Of a DNA stretch of 64,000 nucleotides, positions 7,914 to 17,894 are shown piece after piece (positions within the stretch are counted from its first letter, which is position 1; the number at the start of each line of letters is the position of its first letter). Location of the stretch: NCBI GenBank assembly GCA_965248265.1, contig CBDFJF010000001.1, positions 960,001-1,024,000 of the forward strand, given 5' to 3'. This DNA is from Candidatus Latescibacterota bacterium (GTDB lineage Bacteria > Latescibacterota > UBA2968 > UBA8231). The notes under the pieces are model-generated. The model saw only the letters and a program-made list of their open reading frames with translations, was not told the DNA's origin and searched no databases. The position numbers were made by a program, and so were the translations under genes.

Positions 7914-9593
7914 ATGAGAGCCCTATGCAAATACCTAGCGTTGGCGGTGGCCTTGGTGATGTCGGCACACACAGCGTCAATTGCGGGAATGCCTTCCGAT
8001 GGCTCCATCGAGACGATCCTGCGCGACCGTATAGACCTCTATAAGAAGAGTGTTGGGATCGTTGTAGGGCTCGTAGACAGCACAGGACGCAAGGTCGCCG
8101 CCTACGGCAAGACAGACTTGAAGGGCGATACGGAAGTAGGGGCGAATACCGTGTTCGAGATCGGCTCGGTGAGTAAGGTCTTCACGGGGACGCTGCTGGC
8201 GGATGCAGTAAGGCGTGGCGAACTCCGTCTTGAGGACCCGGTTTCGAGGTTCCTCCCGGAATCCGTGACGGTTCCCTCCAAAGACGGGAAGGAGATCACA
8301 CTCCATGACCTGGCGACACACTGGTCGGGCCTCCCCCGGATGCCGACCAACTTCAACCCTGCGAATCCCCAGAATCCCTACGCCGACTACACTGTCGAGA
8401 ATATGTACGAGTTCCTGTCCGCCTACTCCCTTCCCAGACCAGTCGGGGAAGCGTTCGAGTATTCCAACCTGGGCGTCGGACTGCTGGGACACGTACTGGC
8501 ACTGAACGCGGGCGTGGACTATGAGACCCTTGTGCGGACTCGCATCTGTGGACCTCTGGGGATGGAGAGCACCGTGATCCAACTGACTCCAGATCTGCGT
8601 AATCGAATGGCAACCGGTCACACGGCGATGAGGCACCCGACACCGAACTGGGATGTCCCGACGTTCGCGGGGGCAGGAGCGATCCGCTCTACCACGGAAG
8701 ACTTGCTTCGGTTTCTGGCCGCGAATATGGCGTTAATGGAGACCGATCTCCGGGACGCGATGGAGGCAGCCCACGCTGCGCGATTGCCGGCTGGAAGACC
8801 AGAAATGGAGATAGGCTTGGGTTGGATCACCCACAAGGAGCACGAATCGGAGATCGTGTGGCACAACGGTGGGACAGGCGGGTATCACAGCTACATCGGC
8901 TGGGACCGCAAGACCGGGCTCGGGGTCGTGGTACTATCCAACTCGGCGCACGATATCGACGACATCGGCCGACACCTGATCAATCCGGCATTCGAGCTGG
9001 CAAAGCTAGAGCCTCCCAAGGAGCGGAAGGAGATCGCTCTGGGCACGGAGATATACGAGTCCTATGTCGGGGAGTACGAAGTCGCGCCTACCTTTGTGCT
9101 CACCGTAACGCACGAGCCGGAAGGACTGTACCTACAGGCAACGGGGCAACCAAAATCCCGGATACTCGCTGAAGCTGAAACCGAATTCTTCTCCGAAATC
9201 GTAGACGCGCAGATCTCGTTCAGGAAGGATGAGAGAGGCCAGGTGACCCATCTCGTACTGCACCAGGGCGCCCAGGACGTAAAGGCCATGCGACGCGGGG
9301 CGATAGTGTCCGACGAAAAGAGTATGCAGCTGGCTCCCGAGAGTCTGGACCGGTACGTCGGGAAATACGAACTGGTACCGGGCTTCGTGGTATCGATTAC
9401 AAACGAAAACGGACAGCTGATGGCGCAGGCCACAGGGCAACCAGCAATTCCGATCTATCCCGAATCCGAGACGCGCTTCGTCTACAGGGTCGTAGATGCT
9501 CAGATCGAGTTCCAATTGGATGACGCGGACCTTGTAGTGGGCCTGACCCTCTTCCAGGGAGGTAAGGAGATGCCGGCGAGGAAGATGGAGTAG
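7914..9593 (+). CDS. Serine hydrolase, beta-lactamase class C/AmpH-like, with two C-terminal DUF3471-like domains (cassette 4)
   Basis: FEIGSVSK (SxxK), YSN, WHNGGTGGY; two YVGxYE...QATGQP repeats; signal peptide. Confidence 0.88.
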   Translation: MRALCKYLALAVALVMSAHTASIAGMPSDGSIETILRDRIDLYKKSVGIVVGLVDSTGRKVAAYGKTDLKGDTEVGANTVFEIGSVSKVFTGTLLADAVRRGELRLEDPVSRFLPESVTVPSKDGKEITLHDLATHWSGLPRMPTNFNPANPQNPYADYTVENMYEFLSAYSLPRPVGEAFEYSNLGVGLLGHVLALNAGVDYETLVRTRICGPLGMESTVIQLTPDLRNRMATGHTAMRHPTPNWDVPTFAGAGAIRSTTEDLLRFLAANMALMETDLRDAMEAAHAARLPAGRPEMEIGLGWITHKEHESEIVWHNGGTGGYHSYIGWDRKTGLGVVVLSNSAHDIDDIGRHLINPAFELAKLEPPKERKEIALGTEIYESYVGEYEVAPTFVLTVTHEPEGLYLQATGQPKSRILAEAETEFFSEIVDAQISFRKDERGQVTHLVLHQGAQDVKAMRRGAIVSDEKSMQLAPESLDRYVGKYELVPGFVVSITNENGQLMAQATGQPAIPIYPESETRFVYRVVDAQIEFQLDDADLVVGLTLFQGGKEMPARKME

Positions 9594-9711
9594 GTGACCC
9601 ATGTGGTAGTATCACGGCCAGTGTGGCTGAGCAGCTCTTCCATCCGACGGGAGCGGAGGGGCTACGTAACTCGCGCGGAAGGGCCATTCCTGTGGCCGTG
9701 TGGGGCACGGC

Positions 9712-9799
9712 CTATAACATCGTGTCCCCGGCTGCGGCCCTGTCGGGCCTCCGCTGCAACCCGCCTGTGGCGAGTTCGGAGACACGAAGAACGTTATCT
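9712..9799 (+). other. attC site (R'' CTATAAC ... R' GTTATCT)
   Basis: tcgtgtc ... gacacga stem, 88 bp; shares cgctgcaaccc with the attC at 6970. Confidence 0.8.
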
Positions 9800-9820
9800 G
9801 AAATCCAATCGAACTCTATA

Positions 9821-9856
9821 ATAACGCTTGACATTATTAACGCGGTCCGTTATCAT
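9821..9856 (+). promoter_or_regulatory. sigma70 promoter of higBA with palindromic operator; probably leaderless mRNA
   Basis: TTGACA (9828-9833), 17 bp, TATCAT (9851-9856), ATG at 9863; palindrome taacg-cggtc-cgtta overlaps the spacer. Confidence 0.7.
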
Positions 9857-9862
9857 TTCTGA

Positions 9863-10144
9863 ATGATAGAATCTTTCAGCGACAGAGAGACGGAAAAGGT
9901 CTTCCTTCGCCAGAGATCGCGGAGATTCTCAGGTATCCTGGCTCGCTCTGCCCTGAAGAAGCTCCTTTTGCTGGACGCAGCCGATTCAATACAAGACCTG
10001 CGTTCACCACCCGGGAATCGTTTGGAAAGGCTCACAGGAAATCGTAGAGGCCAGCACAGCATCCGCATAAACGATCAATGTCGCCTCTGCTTCGAGTGGA
10101 AGGCTGGCCGCGCCACCAACGTGGGGATCGTCGACTACCATTAG
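9863..10144 (+). CDS. higB: HigB (RelE/ParE superfamily) toxin (cassette 5)
   Basis: MIESFSDRETEKVF, DLRSPPGNRLERL, HSIRINDQ, IVDYH. Confidence 0.92.
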   Translation: MIESFSDRETEKVFLRQRSRRFSGILARSALKKLLLLDAADSIQDLRSPPGNRLERLTGNRRGQHSIRINDQCRLCFEWKAGRATNVGIVDYH

Positions 10145-10152
10145 GAGCCAAA

Positions 10153-10455
10153 ATGCCTACAACAATGCCCCCGATCCATCCAGGCGAACTCCTGCTTGAG
10201 GAGTTTCTCGAGCCCCTGGCTCTGAGCCAGTACCGCCTAGCAAAGGACATTTCAGTGCCTCCTCGCCGAATCAACGAGATCGTTCACGGCAAGCGTTCTA
10301 TTTCTGCGGACACCGCTCTCCGACTAGCTCGCTACTTTGGAACCACAGACCGATTCTGGCTCAATTTGCAGACACGTTACGACCTGGAGTTGGAGAAGGA
10401 TCGCCTGGGAGAGCGCTTGGAGGCTGAGGTACAAGTCCTAGCACGGACGAGTTGA
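10153..10455 (+). CDS. higA: HigA antitoxin (HTH)
   Basis: PIHPGELLLEEFLEP, RINEIVHGKRSISADTALRLARYF, FWLNLQ; ATG at 10153 after AGGAG. Confidence 0.92.
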   Translation: MPTTMPPIHPGELLLEEFLEPLALSQYRLAKDISVPPRRINEIVHGKRSISADTALRLARYFGTTDRFWLNLQTRYDLELEKDRLGERLEAEVQVLARTS

Positions 10456-10529
10456 ATCCGAAAGTCGCACTGCGGGACTTCAGAGGTTCCCAAACGCCTG
10501 CACCCTGGCCGACGCCTTACCTGCGGAAA

Positions 10530-11312
10530 TCAGAAGTAATCGCTGAGAGTCTGCAGCTCCCACCGCACTGAGTACGGGTCTACCCGCGTCCCTCGCTTGA
10601 AACCACGGCTCGCAGCCTCGGCCGCTTCGATGCGTTTGTAGCGGATCTCGAAACTCAGCGGCTCATCGAAGCGAAACGGAGCGAGCTCCCCCGTTTTCGC
10701 AGCAGCCCGCTCCGCCGCCGCGGCGATCTCGTCGACGACCCGGAGCGGATGCTTGCTTATCGCGAAGTTCCAACCCAGAGCCTGCTTCGTCGTCACCGTC
10801 TCGATGCCGGGAAAGAACTCGAGACTCTCGGTCACGCCTTTGTCGTCGCTGGCCGCGCAGATGACGGGGACGCCGTGGGCGCCGGCGCAGGCAGCGTCGA
10901 TGGCCATCTCGCCGACTTCGCGATCGTTCACCTTCATGTACTGGTATACGCCCGAGTTGAAGGTGTGGGCGATGACCCCGTCGACCGTGTTGTCCATGGC
11001 GTGGTAACCGACGAAGACGACTCCGGCGAAGCTGTCGTCGAGACCGGGCAGGCGGTGCTCGAACCCGACACCCAGCGCGATGTCACAGCGGCGGTCGAGT
11101 TCGTCGTAGTGCAGGTTCAGACTGCCGTCGTGGTTGTCCCAGACGATGACCTGCTCGGCGCCGGCGGCGAACAACCCGCGCGCCGCTGCATCGGCCTCGC
11201 GCGTCGCCTGCTTCTTGGCGAACTCGATATCGCGGGATGAGTTGATCGAAGCCCCGGGCGAGCCGACGGCGCAGGCGACACCCTCGCAGTCCACGCAGAC
11301 GTAGAATTTCAT
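10530..11312 (-). CDS. M55-family D-aminopeptidase (DppA-like)
   Basis: VDCEG, WDNHD, GYHA, AHT, GEMAI, SDD motifs; GAAGGAG RBS before ATG 11312. Confidence 0.85.
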   Translation of the reverse strand: MKFYVCVDCEGVACAVGSPGASINSSRDIEFAKKQATREADAAARGLFAAGAEQVIVWDNHDGSLNLHYDELDRRCDIALGVGFEHRLPGLDDSFAGVVFVGYHAMDNTVDGVIAHTFNSGVYQYMKVNDREVGEMAIDAACAGAHGVPVICAASDDKGVTESLEFFPGIETVTTKQALGWNFAISKHPLRVVDEIAAAAERAAAKTGELAPFRFDEPLSFEIRYKRIEAAEAASRGFKRGTRVDPYSVRWELQTLSDYF

Positions 11313-11477
11313 GACTGTACGATCTCCTTCCTGTGGCACATTCGCGTGTAACCGGGGAAAATGTGAATTGGAATGCACAGATAAACCCCCGGAAGACTCT
11401 TTGTGGGCTGATCGCGTTTAGGTGCACTACAAGTGATAGAGGGCATCGGCGGGAATCCATGTCGCCCGCCCGGCCCT

Positions 11478-11655
11478 GTCGCCGGACGATTGCGCATCAT
11501 CGACGCCGACCAACTCTCCTTCGCACTGAAAACACCCTGGTCAGACGGCACTACCCATCTCCTGCTCTCACCCCTCGAATTGCTCGAGAAACTGGCCGCC
11601 CTCGAGCCGCCGCCACCCCTCAACCTGATCCGCTATCATGGCATCCTGGCAGGCG
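11478..11655 (+). pseudogene. IS91/ISCR-family (Y2) transposase C-terminal remnant
   Basis: LKTPWSDGTTHLLLSPLELLEKLAALEPPPPLNLIRYHGILA resembles the IS91-type C-terminal motif; the rest is absent. Confidence 0.75.
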
Positions 11656-11702
11656 TTCGCCATTCTGCCTTGCCGGCGCCTGCATCTTGCTGGTATCAAT
11701 TT

Positions 11703-12719
11703 TCATTTGAACTTCAGCAAGGTCTTCATGGCGGGCGCTCCACTCTCCATCTGTTCGAACACGCTGGGAAGATCCTCGACGGCGACCTGACCCGTTATCA
11801 TGCGCTCAAACGGATACCGGCCGCTGGCGATCAGCTCGATCGCGTCATCGAAATCCTCGTGGCTGTAGCATCTGACCGCCTGCAGGCGTAACTCGCGCTT
11901 GAAGCAACTCGTCAGGTCGATTCGTGGTGGCTCGGCGTAAACGGCGACCACGAGCATCAACCCTCGTGGGCCCAACAGCTGACTCATGACCGTCGCCGCC
12001 GCCTGCGACCCCGAGGCCTCGAAGACGACATCGGCCCCGGAACGGTCGGAGGCCACAGCTACTGCCTCTGGCAGATCGGTTGAGGCCGGATCTACCACCG
12101 TCAAGCCTAATCCCCGGGCGTAATCGAGGCGAAACGGATTCACTTCCGACAACAACACCCGCGCGCCGCGGTACTGCGCAACCAATGCGGTCAAAAGACC
12201 GATCGGTCCGCCCCCGAGCACGACTGCGAGGTCTCCCTCTTCGAGTCCCGAGGTGCGAACGGCATGCATCGCCACGGAGAGCGGCTCCACGAGCGCGGCA
12301 TGATCCAGGGACATGCCCTCCGGCACGCGATGAAGCGTGTGCGCCGGCACCGTCCAGCTGTCCTGGAACGCACCGGCGCTCTCGACGCCGAAGAAGTCCA
12401 TGCTTTCACAGATATTGGAGAGCCCCTGCACGCAGGCCCGGCACCTGCCGCAGCTGATAAACGGCATTACAACGACCCGATCGCCGGCCTGCCACTTGCC
12501 GACTTCGGCACCTACCTCCGCGATCGTGCCCGACATTTCGTGGCCGATGATGGTCGGCAGCTGCATGCGCTCATCCCGATGCCCATGGTAGATCGACAGA
12601 TCCGAACCGCAGACGCCGCCGTAAGCGACCTCGATGCGGACCTCCGACGCCCCCGGGGACCGGGGTTCGCAAGGGCGAAATTCGAGTTGTCTTCTTCCGG
12701 TGTAAAAAGCCGCTGTCAT
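11703..12719 (-). CDS. Zn-dependent (MDR) sugar/polyol dehydrogenase
   Basis: GVCGSD, GHEMSG, CGRCRAC...C, GGGPIG. Confidence 0.9.
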   Translation of the reverse strand: MTAAFYTGRRQLEFRPCEPRSPGASEVRIEVAYGGVCGSDLSIYHGHRDERMQLPTIIGHEMSGTIAEVGAEVGKWQAGDRVVVMPFISCGRCRACVQGLSNICESMDFFGVESAGAFQDSWTVPAHTLHRVPEGMSLDHAALVEPLSVAMHAVRTSGLEEGDLAVVLGGGPIGLLTALVAQYRGARVLLSEVNPFRLDYARGLGLTVVDPASTDLPEAVAVASDRSGADVVFEASGSQAAATVMSQLLGPRGLMLVVAVYAEPPRIDLTSCFKRELRLQAVRCYSHEDFDDAIELIASGRYPFERMITGQVAVEDLPSVFEQMESGAPAMKTLLKFK

Positions 12720-12918
12720 GAGTGCACCTGCGCGACATGGGTGTCAGGGGTGTGAGGGAAAGAAGTGGAAGGGTGCCGCGGGGTCAACCGAGTCGAGGCT
12801 CGGGTCCCATAAGCCGGTGCGTCTGGAACTCGGCGGCTCGCACGCATCGGCTCTTTGGCCGTTCTTGCCTCTTCAACGCGCGTTGTGTCCGTCATACGTC
12901 AGAGCGAGAGGGAGATCC

Positions 12919-13950
12919 ATGAAAGGCGTCGTCAAATACGAACGCGGTAGCGGCTTTGTCGAGTTGAGAGACGTCGAGGAGAAGCCGCCGGCTCCGAACC
13001 AGGTGAAGATCGAGGTCAAGGCGGCGGGAATATGCGGGTCAGACCTGCACATCTTCCACGATACGATCAACTTCGTCATCCGCACTCCCGTCGTCATCGG
13101 CCACGAGTTCAGCGGCGTAGTCGTCGACAAGGGAGCCGACGTGGGCGAGGAAGTTCGCCTGGGCGATCGGGTCACGGCGGAAGCGACGATAACTGCGTGC
13201 GGCCAGTGCGATTTCTGCCGCACGGAATGCTACAACCTGTGTCCGGAGCGGAGGGTCATCGGCTACTACCACGACGGCTGCTTCGCGGGGTTCTGCAATG
13301 CCGTCAACCTGCACCCCCTCCCCGACAACGTAAGTTTCGAGGCCGGCGCTCTCACAGAGCCGCTGGCCTGTTGTGTTCACACCGTCATCGAGCAGACCGG
13401 TGTTTCCGCCGGAGACTTCGTCGTCGTCCTCGGCCCAGGTCCTATCGGTGTGCTCGCGGCGCTCGTGGCCCGAGCAGAGGGCGGATCGGTCATGCTGTGC
13501 GGCACTTCGCGAGACAGGGAGAGATTGCGTGTTGCCCGAGAGGCTGCGGGCATAGAGTGCACGGTGAACGTCGACGACAGTGATCCGGTCGAAATGGCGC
13601 GCGAGTCGACGGGCGGCTACGGCGCCGATGTCGTCATCGAGTGCTCGGGGGCGGCGCCTGCACTCAGTCAGGCTCTTGAGATCGTCCGCAAACGGGGAAA
13701 GGTGACACAGTTCGGATTGTTCGGTCGGCCCGTGGAAGTCGACTTCGAAAAGATCGCCTACAAGGAACTCACGGTGAGCGGCGGTATCGCGCACCGCCGG
13801 CCGTCATGGAGACGAGCCTTGCGCCTGATGGAGCAGGGAGTGATCCAGCCGGAAAAGCTGATCACCCACGAAATGCCGCTGGCTGAATGGTCCACTGGCT
13901 TCGAACTGCTGGAGCGTCAGGAAGCCATGAAGATCCTGTTGCGTCCCTGA
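12919..13950 (+). CDS. Zn-dependent (MDR) dehydrogenase, sorbitol/threonine dehydrogenase-like
   Basis: GICGSD, GHEFSG, CGQCDFC...C, GPGPIG; GGGAG RBS before ATG 12919. Confidence 0.9.
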   Translation: MKGVVKYERGSGFVELRDVEEKPPAPNQVKIEVKAAGICGSDLHIFHDTINFVIRTPVVIGHEFSGVVVDKGADVGEEVRLGDRVTAEATITACGQCDFCRTECYNLCPERRVIGYYHDGCFAGFCNAVNLHPLPDNVSFEAGALTEPLACCVHTVIEQTGVSAGDFVVVLGPGPIGVLAALVARAEGGSVMLCGTSRDRERLRVAREAAGIECTVNVDDSDPVEMARESTGGYGADVVIECSGAAPALSQALEIVRKRGKVTQFGLFGRPVEVDFEKIAYKELTVSGGIAHRRPSWRRALRLMEQGVIQPEKLITHEMPLAEWSTGFELLERQEAMKILLRP

Positions 13951-14154
13951 CCGAAAGGCGCGCTTGTCTCAGGGCGTCTTTAGGCGATCACCATGCCGGA
14001 CGCCCGCCGTAGCTTCGACGAATCAGCGCAGAGGATTCTCACGCAGCCAGGTCACCCAGTCCATCAGCTCCTGCGGCTCCTGCAGCAAACTGGAGAGGTG
14101 GGACTGAAGTAGCCGGCCCCAGGGATCTTTTCGATCGCCCTACGGGTCGCCGCG

Positions 14155-16134
14155 TCACTGGAATGGCACCGGTACTTTATCCCCGTGCCAGGGAAAAGCG
14201 TAGCTTGGATCATTTGCGAATCTACGCATTCCGGCTTCCACTCGAATCGACGTCGAAGGCGGTAGTCGGACTGCGAAGTACTTGGCATCGACAGGAACCA
14301 CCTTCCCGCCGTGCCTAACCTCTGTGAACGTGTGTTCACCGAAGGCACCGGCCTGAACGATCAGGTTTCGCGTCTCGTGCCTGCTCAGATTCACCAACTG
14401 GATGCCTACGCCGTCGGGGGCAAGCTTGTCGACCAGGGCGGCGACGTCCCGCGGCAAACCGGATCGCAGGCGGTCTTGGTCGAAGTAGCGCACCGTGGCT
14501 CGCAGCAGGCCGCCGTTGTAGACTGCTTGCGGGGAGCCCATCGTAACCTGAGTGAGCCCCTTGGTGAACACAGGATTTTCGGGTTGGGTGTTCTCCTTGA
14601 TGATCGACTCGAAGTCGTCGCTCTCGTTCTTTATGTTTTCGTACGCGCTCAGCGACATCTCGTATTCGACGCCGAGGGCCTTCACCGGCCAGTCCGGGTT
14701 CTTGCCCTCGTAGTACTGGAGTCTGGGTAGCTCCGAATCGCCCGCGTTCTTCTCGGTTTCGACAGGGACATGGTTCCAGTCGCGCACGACGTCGCCGTCC
14801 CGAACTCGGTCGATCAACGCGTAGTCCTCTGGCGACATAGAAGCATGATAGAGGTGCGCAAGCTCCTCTATCCGCATCGGCTGCGGACCCGTGAACTGGA
14901 AGGGCGTTGGGGCCGGCTCATGCCAGCCGTTCTTCCCATAGCGCGTTGGCACCAGAAGCTGGCCGTCTTCGCGGGTGATTGCGTTGTCGAGCAAGACATT
15001 GATCTGAGACCGGAGCAGGTCGAGGTAGCCGTAGTCACGGGAGAGCATCAGCGCGCTCTCGGCGGCGATCGTGAGCCCATGGAACATTATGTTGAAGCCC
15101 TGGTAGTGGTTCCAACCGTACATGCCGCCCCACCACTGGCCTTCGCGGTTCTCCCCGATCTTCCCAGTGGGCCCGACATTATCGGGGATGATTCCGCCGT
15201 TCTCACGGATTCGGTCCATCCAGACCTCGACATACTCCAAGACCCACTTCTTGTATTTTTCCTCGCCGGTGTACAGATAGGCGTTTGTGACTAGCCCGGT
15301 CGATGCAAGATTGTTTGATGAGTCACTATTGAGAACGATTTTGTTGAATAGATCGACGATCTCCTCAGCCCGCGCCGGGTTGTCCATCCAGTCGAGCTCA
15401 AGCTCTTTGATGACGGGATAAAGGGTCGCCCGGGTCCCCATCGGCTTGAGCGGCCTACCTGAACCCTTCTCCGACCCGTGGAGCCAGCGCTGGACGTCGA
15501 TCAGGTCGGTGCTCAAGCATGGACCTCGGCCGGTCTGTATCGGTGAGCGAAGAATCTTGTGAACGGGATCCCAGTTGGGTGCTTCGGGATCCTCGCCGAT
15601 GTAGAAGCCTGCAAACGTCCTTGCGCGCCGCACGTTCTCCGATATAGTGGGGTCGGCAAGGCCCAGGTAGTAGAAGGCCGGATTGGCCTCGCCTTTGTGG
15701 TGCCACTCCGCCCCGCCCGGCACGGCGTAGTTGTAGTACTCTCTATACCCCTGCTGAGGAAAACGCAGTATCACCGAATCGTGGGAGTACTCGTAGACTT
15801 TCTTCCGGTGGACTATCTCCTCGTCGTTGGTCCGGGTGATGGCGTTCCACTCCTGAAGCGCCAGATCGAGGATCCTGTCCTCGGCACCCATGGCGTAGAA
15901 CAGCCCCCAGTTGTAGATCCGCTCGTAGAGATCATCCAGGGCGTCCTTGTAGTAGAGCGCGCCTCCGCGCTCGGTGTATTTCTCGATCATCAGGACTGCG
16001 GCCTCCTCCATGAGGCTGATGAGCTGCCGCTCCATTAGCGCCCATCCCGGCGGAGCCGTTACTTCCGATGCCGTTATGCCAGTTACTCCCGGTACGGACA
16101 CCGGTCCTGATTCATCCATCGCATGGCCTCGCAT
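14155..16134 (-). CDS. Conserved hypothetical protein (about 655 aa, possibly alpha/alpha-barrel enzyme)
   Basis: Long ORF with typical codon bias; GIIPDNVGPTG, WWGGMYGW, VRYFD...GLPRDVAALV; function not assignable. Confidence 0.7.
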   Translation of the reverse strand: MRGHAMDESGPVSVPGVTGITASEVTAPPGWALMERQLISLMEEAAVLMIEKYTERGGALYYKDALDDLYERIYNWGLFYAMGAEDRILDLALQEWNAITRTNDEEIVHRKKVYEYSHDSVILRFPQQGYREYYNYAVPGGAEWHHKGEANPAFYYLGLADPTISENVRRARTFAGFYIGEDPEAPNWDPVHKILRSPIQTGRGPCLSTDLIDVQRWLHGSEKGSGRPLKPMGTRATLYPVIKELELDWMDNPARAEEIVDLFNKIVLNSDSSNNLASTGLVTNAYLYTGEEKYKKWVLEYVEVWMDRIRENGGIIPDNVGPTGKIGENREGQWWGGMYGWNHYQGFNIMFHGLTIAAESALMLSRDYGYLDLLRSQINVLLDNAITREDGQLLVPTRYGKNGWHEPAPTPFQFTGPQPMRIEELAHLYHASMSPEDYALIDRVRDGDVVRDWNHVPVETEKNAGDSELPRLQYYEGKNPDWPVKALGVEYEMSLSAYENIKNESDDFESIIKENTQPENPVFTKGLTQVTMGSPQAVYNGGLLRATVRYFDQDRLRSGLPRDVAALVDKLAPDGVGIQLVNLSRHETRNLIVQAGAFGEHTFTEVRHGGKVVPVDAKYFAVRLPPSTSIRVEAGMRRFANDPSYAFPWHGDKVPVPFQ

Positions 16135-16204
16135 TCATGTCTACACACTGACGGGGAGCGGTAGTCGCAGTCCTGACCGGATGCGCTGATCCCTCCCGGG
16201 CGAT

Positions 16205-17773
16205 TCACCGTCTGGCGATGATGACCTTCGGGTCGAACTGGCTGAAGTTGGGATAGAAGGCTGGGATTTCGGCATCACTGCCGGCGATCGCCGCGGCTAG
16301 ACGAATCAGGGATACGGGTGCCGAGCTGTCGATCCCGATGGCGCCGTTTGGGCCTTGCCGGGCAGCGGCAAAGAGCCCGTCGACGAGCTGCCTATCGATC
16401 AGACACTGCCCCATTGAGGTGGCCGATTCCAACAGATTGTCGTCGCCTGTGGCTTGATACAGATCGAGGACACCTTCCAGGACACAGACCTCGTATTGTC
16501 CGCCGTGCGCGCGACCATCCGCCGTCGACGACGTGATCGAGTCTAACGCCCCGAAATCGACCGCACTATCATCCAGGCGCCCCCAACCCATCACCTCACC
16601 CAGACGCAGAGCCATCGAGCGAAACTCCTCCTCGCCGGTTTGGCGAAAAGCGCGGGCGTAGGCCAGGAAGAGGAGTCCGTTCGGGCGCACGGGTCTCAGC
16701 TTCACCGGTTGGCAATAGCCGACATCGTCGGTGTGCTCCGGTGTCAGCCGCGTGCCGTCGTTCAGCACCGGTTGGAAATACCCCTGCTCGTCCGACCAGC
16801 TGTGCGCCGCCAACGCGCGCAGGTCGCGGGTAGTCAATTCGACTAGCGGCGCAGCTTCGTCGGCGGTGAGGCCGCCGGTGTGGGCAAATGCTTCGACGAT
16901 GTTGAGAAACGTGACGGCTACTCTGCCGTAGCGGATGTCGATAACGTAGTTGCCGATGACGGTCGTTTCATTGACCCGTGGATCACGACCGAGGTCACCC
17001 TTGAACGACTCGCGCACACGACAGGGATCGCCGTGGTTGAATTGATAGCCGGCCAGGCCCGTATCGGGACTACGGATCGACTCGTAACAGGAGAGCAGGT
17101 CCAGCGCCCATCGGTAGGGCGCGCGCTCACCCGTCAGGCGATAGAGCTCGCTCGCCGCGTAGATCAGGTCCGAACCCGTGTTGATGAAGGATAGGGCCTT
17201 ATTGTCGATTATCGGCACCTGGGAGCCCGCGAACTCGCCTTCACGCCAGCGCGTCCCCCGATCCCATGGCTCATACTCTCCATGGCGATTGAACAGCAGG
17301 CTCGACCAGCTCCAGATGTGTGCATGCCAGAGGGCCTCGACGAAACCACTCACTGCGGCGGCGTCTGTCCGATACAGGAAGTCGTAGAAAGGGTAAGCGC
17401 ATTTGAGCTCGTGATTTCCACGCAACGGCTGATCCGTCGCCAGATCCCACGCCGAGTGACCTCCCCAGTAGAGCAGACCACTCTCCGCGTCGGCGAGTCT
17501 CGTCAGGGCGCTGCCGATCCACTCCCCGGCCACGTCGCGCCACTCATCCTCGCCGCGCACGGCCGCGAGACCATCGAGCGCCCGCAACAGATTCTGCTGG
17601 CAGCTCAGATCGGAGACGATGGCCTCTTCCCATCGCAACGGCTCCCCGTCTCTCAACGAAAAACCGTCCGCCAACAGTCCCGTGTTGCGCCCCCAGCGGT
17701 CGCCGCAGTGCTCGATCGCGGCGCGAATATGAGTCTCGACGGAGTCGAGGAAATTGTCCGGATCGCCCCTCAT
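16205..17773 (-). CDS. Polysaccharide lyase family 2-like (PelW-like pectate lyase)
   Basis: LLADG, SDLSCQQNLLR, LYWGGH, HELKCAYPFY, FNRHG, LSFINTGSDLIYAA resemble PL2. Confidence 0.7.
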   Translation of the reverse strand: MRGDPDNFLDSVETHIRAAIEHCGDRWGRNTGLLADGFSLRDGEPLRWEEAIVSDLSCQQNLLRALDGLAAVRGEDEWRDVAGEWIGSALTRLADAESGLLYWGGHSAWDLATDQPLRGNHELKCAYPFYDFLYRTDAAAVSGFVEALWHAHIWSWSSLLFNRHGEYEPWDRGTRWREGEFAGSQVPIIDNKALSFINTGSDLIYAASELYRLTGERAPYRWALDLLSCYESIRSPDTGLAGYQFNHGDPCRVRESFKGDLGRDPRVNETTVIGNYVIDIRYGRVAVTFLNIVEAFAHTGGLTADEAAPLVELTTRDLRALAAHSWSDEQGYFQPVLNDGTRLTPEHTDDVGYCQPVKLRPVRPNGLLFLAYARAFRQTGEEEFRSMALRLGEVMGWGRLDDSAVDFGALDSITSSTADGRAHGGQYEVCVLEGVLDLYQATGDDNLLESATSMGQCLIDRQLVDGLFAAARQGPNGAIGIDSSAPVSLIRLAAAIAGSDAEIPAFYPNFSQFDPKVIIARR

Positions 17774-17894
17774 GCGATTGGTCTCCTCGCCGACTCCTCT
17801 GTAGTGATACTTGCCTTGGTGACCGCCATGTCGTCTTCGTCTGCTCGGCGCTGGAGCTCACCTGATTCGTGCAGCTGCAGATAGCCTGGATCCG

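Larger units (their letters stand above)
3817..10484 (+). mobile_element. Integron gene-cassette array without integrase in window (CALIN-like), 5 cassettes plus IS481
   Basis: Each cassette start is the reverse complement of its own end: gttaagtgaaattg/caacttcacttaaa, gttatatgtc/gacatataac, gatatatg/catatatc, gttataggcc/ggcctataac, gttatctgaaatcc/ggacttcaga(truncated); attC-like hairpins lie between genes. Confidence 0.85.

Noticed and set aside
6970-9799. CRISPR array or REP repeats
   Set aside because: The repeats are separated by whole genes and have attC R-box logic; there are no cas genes or regular spacers.
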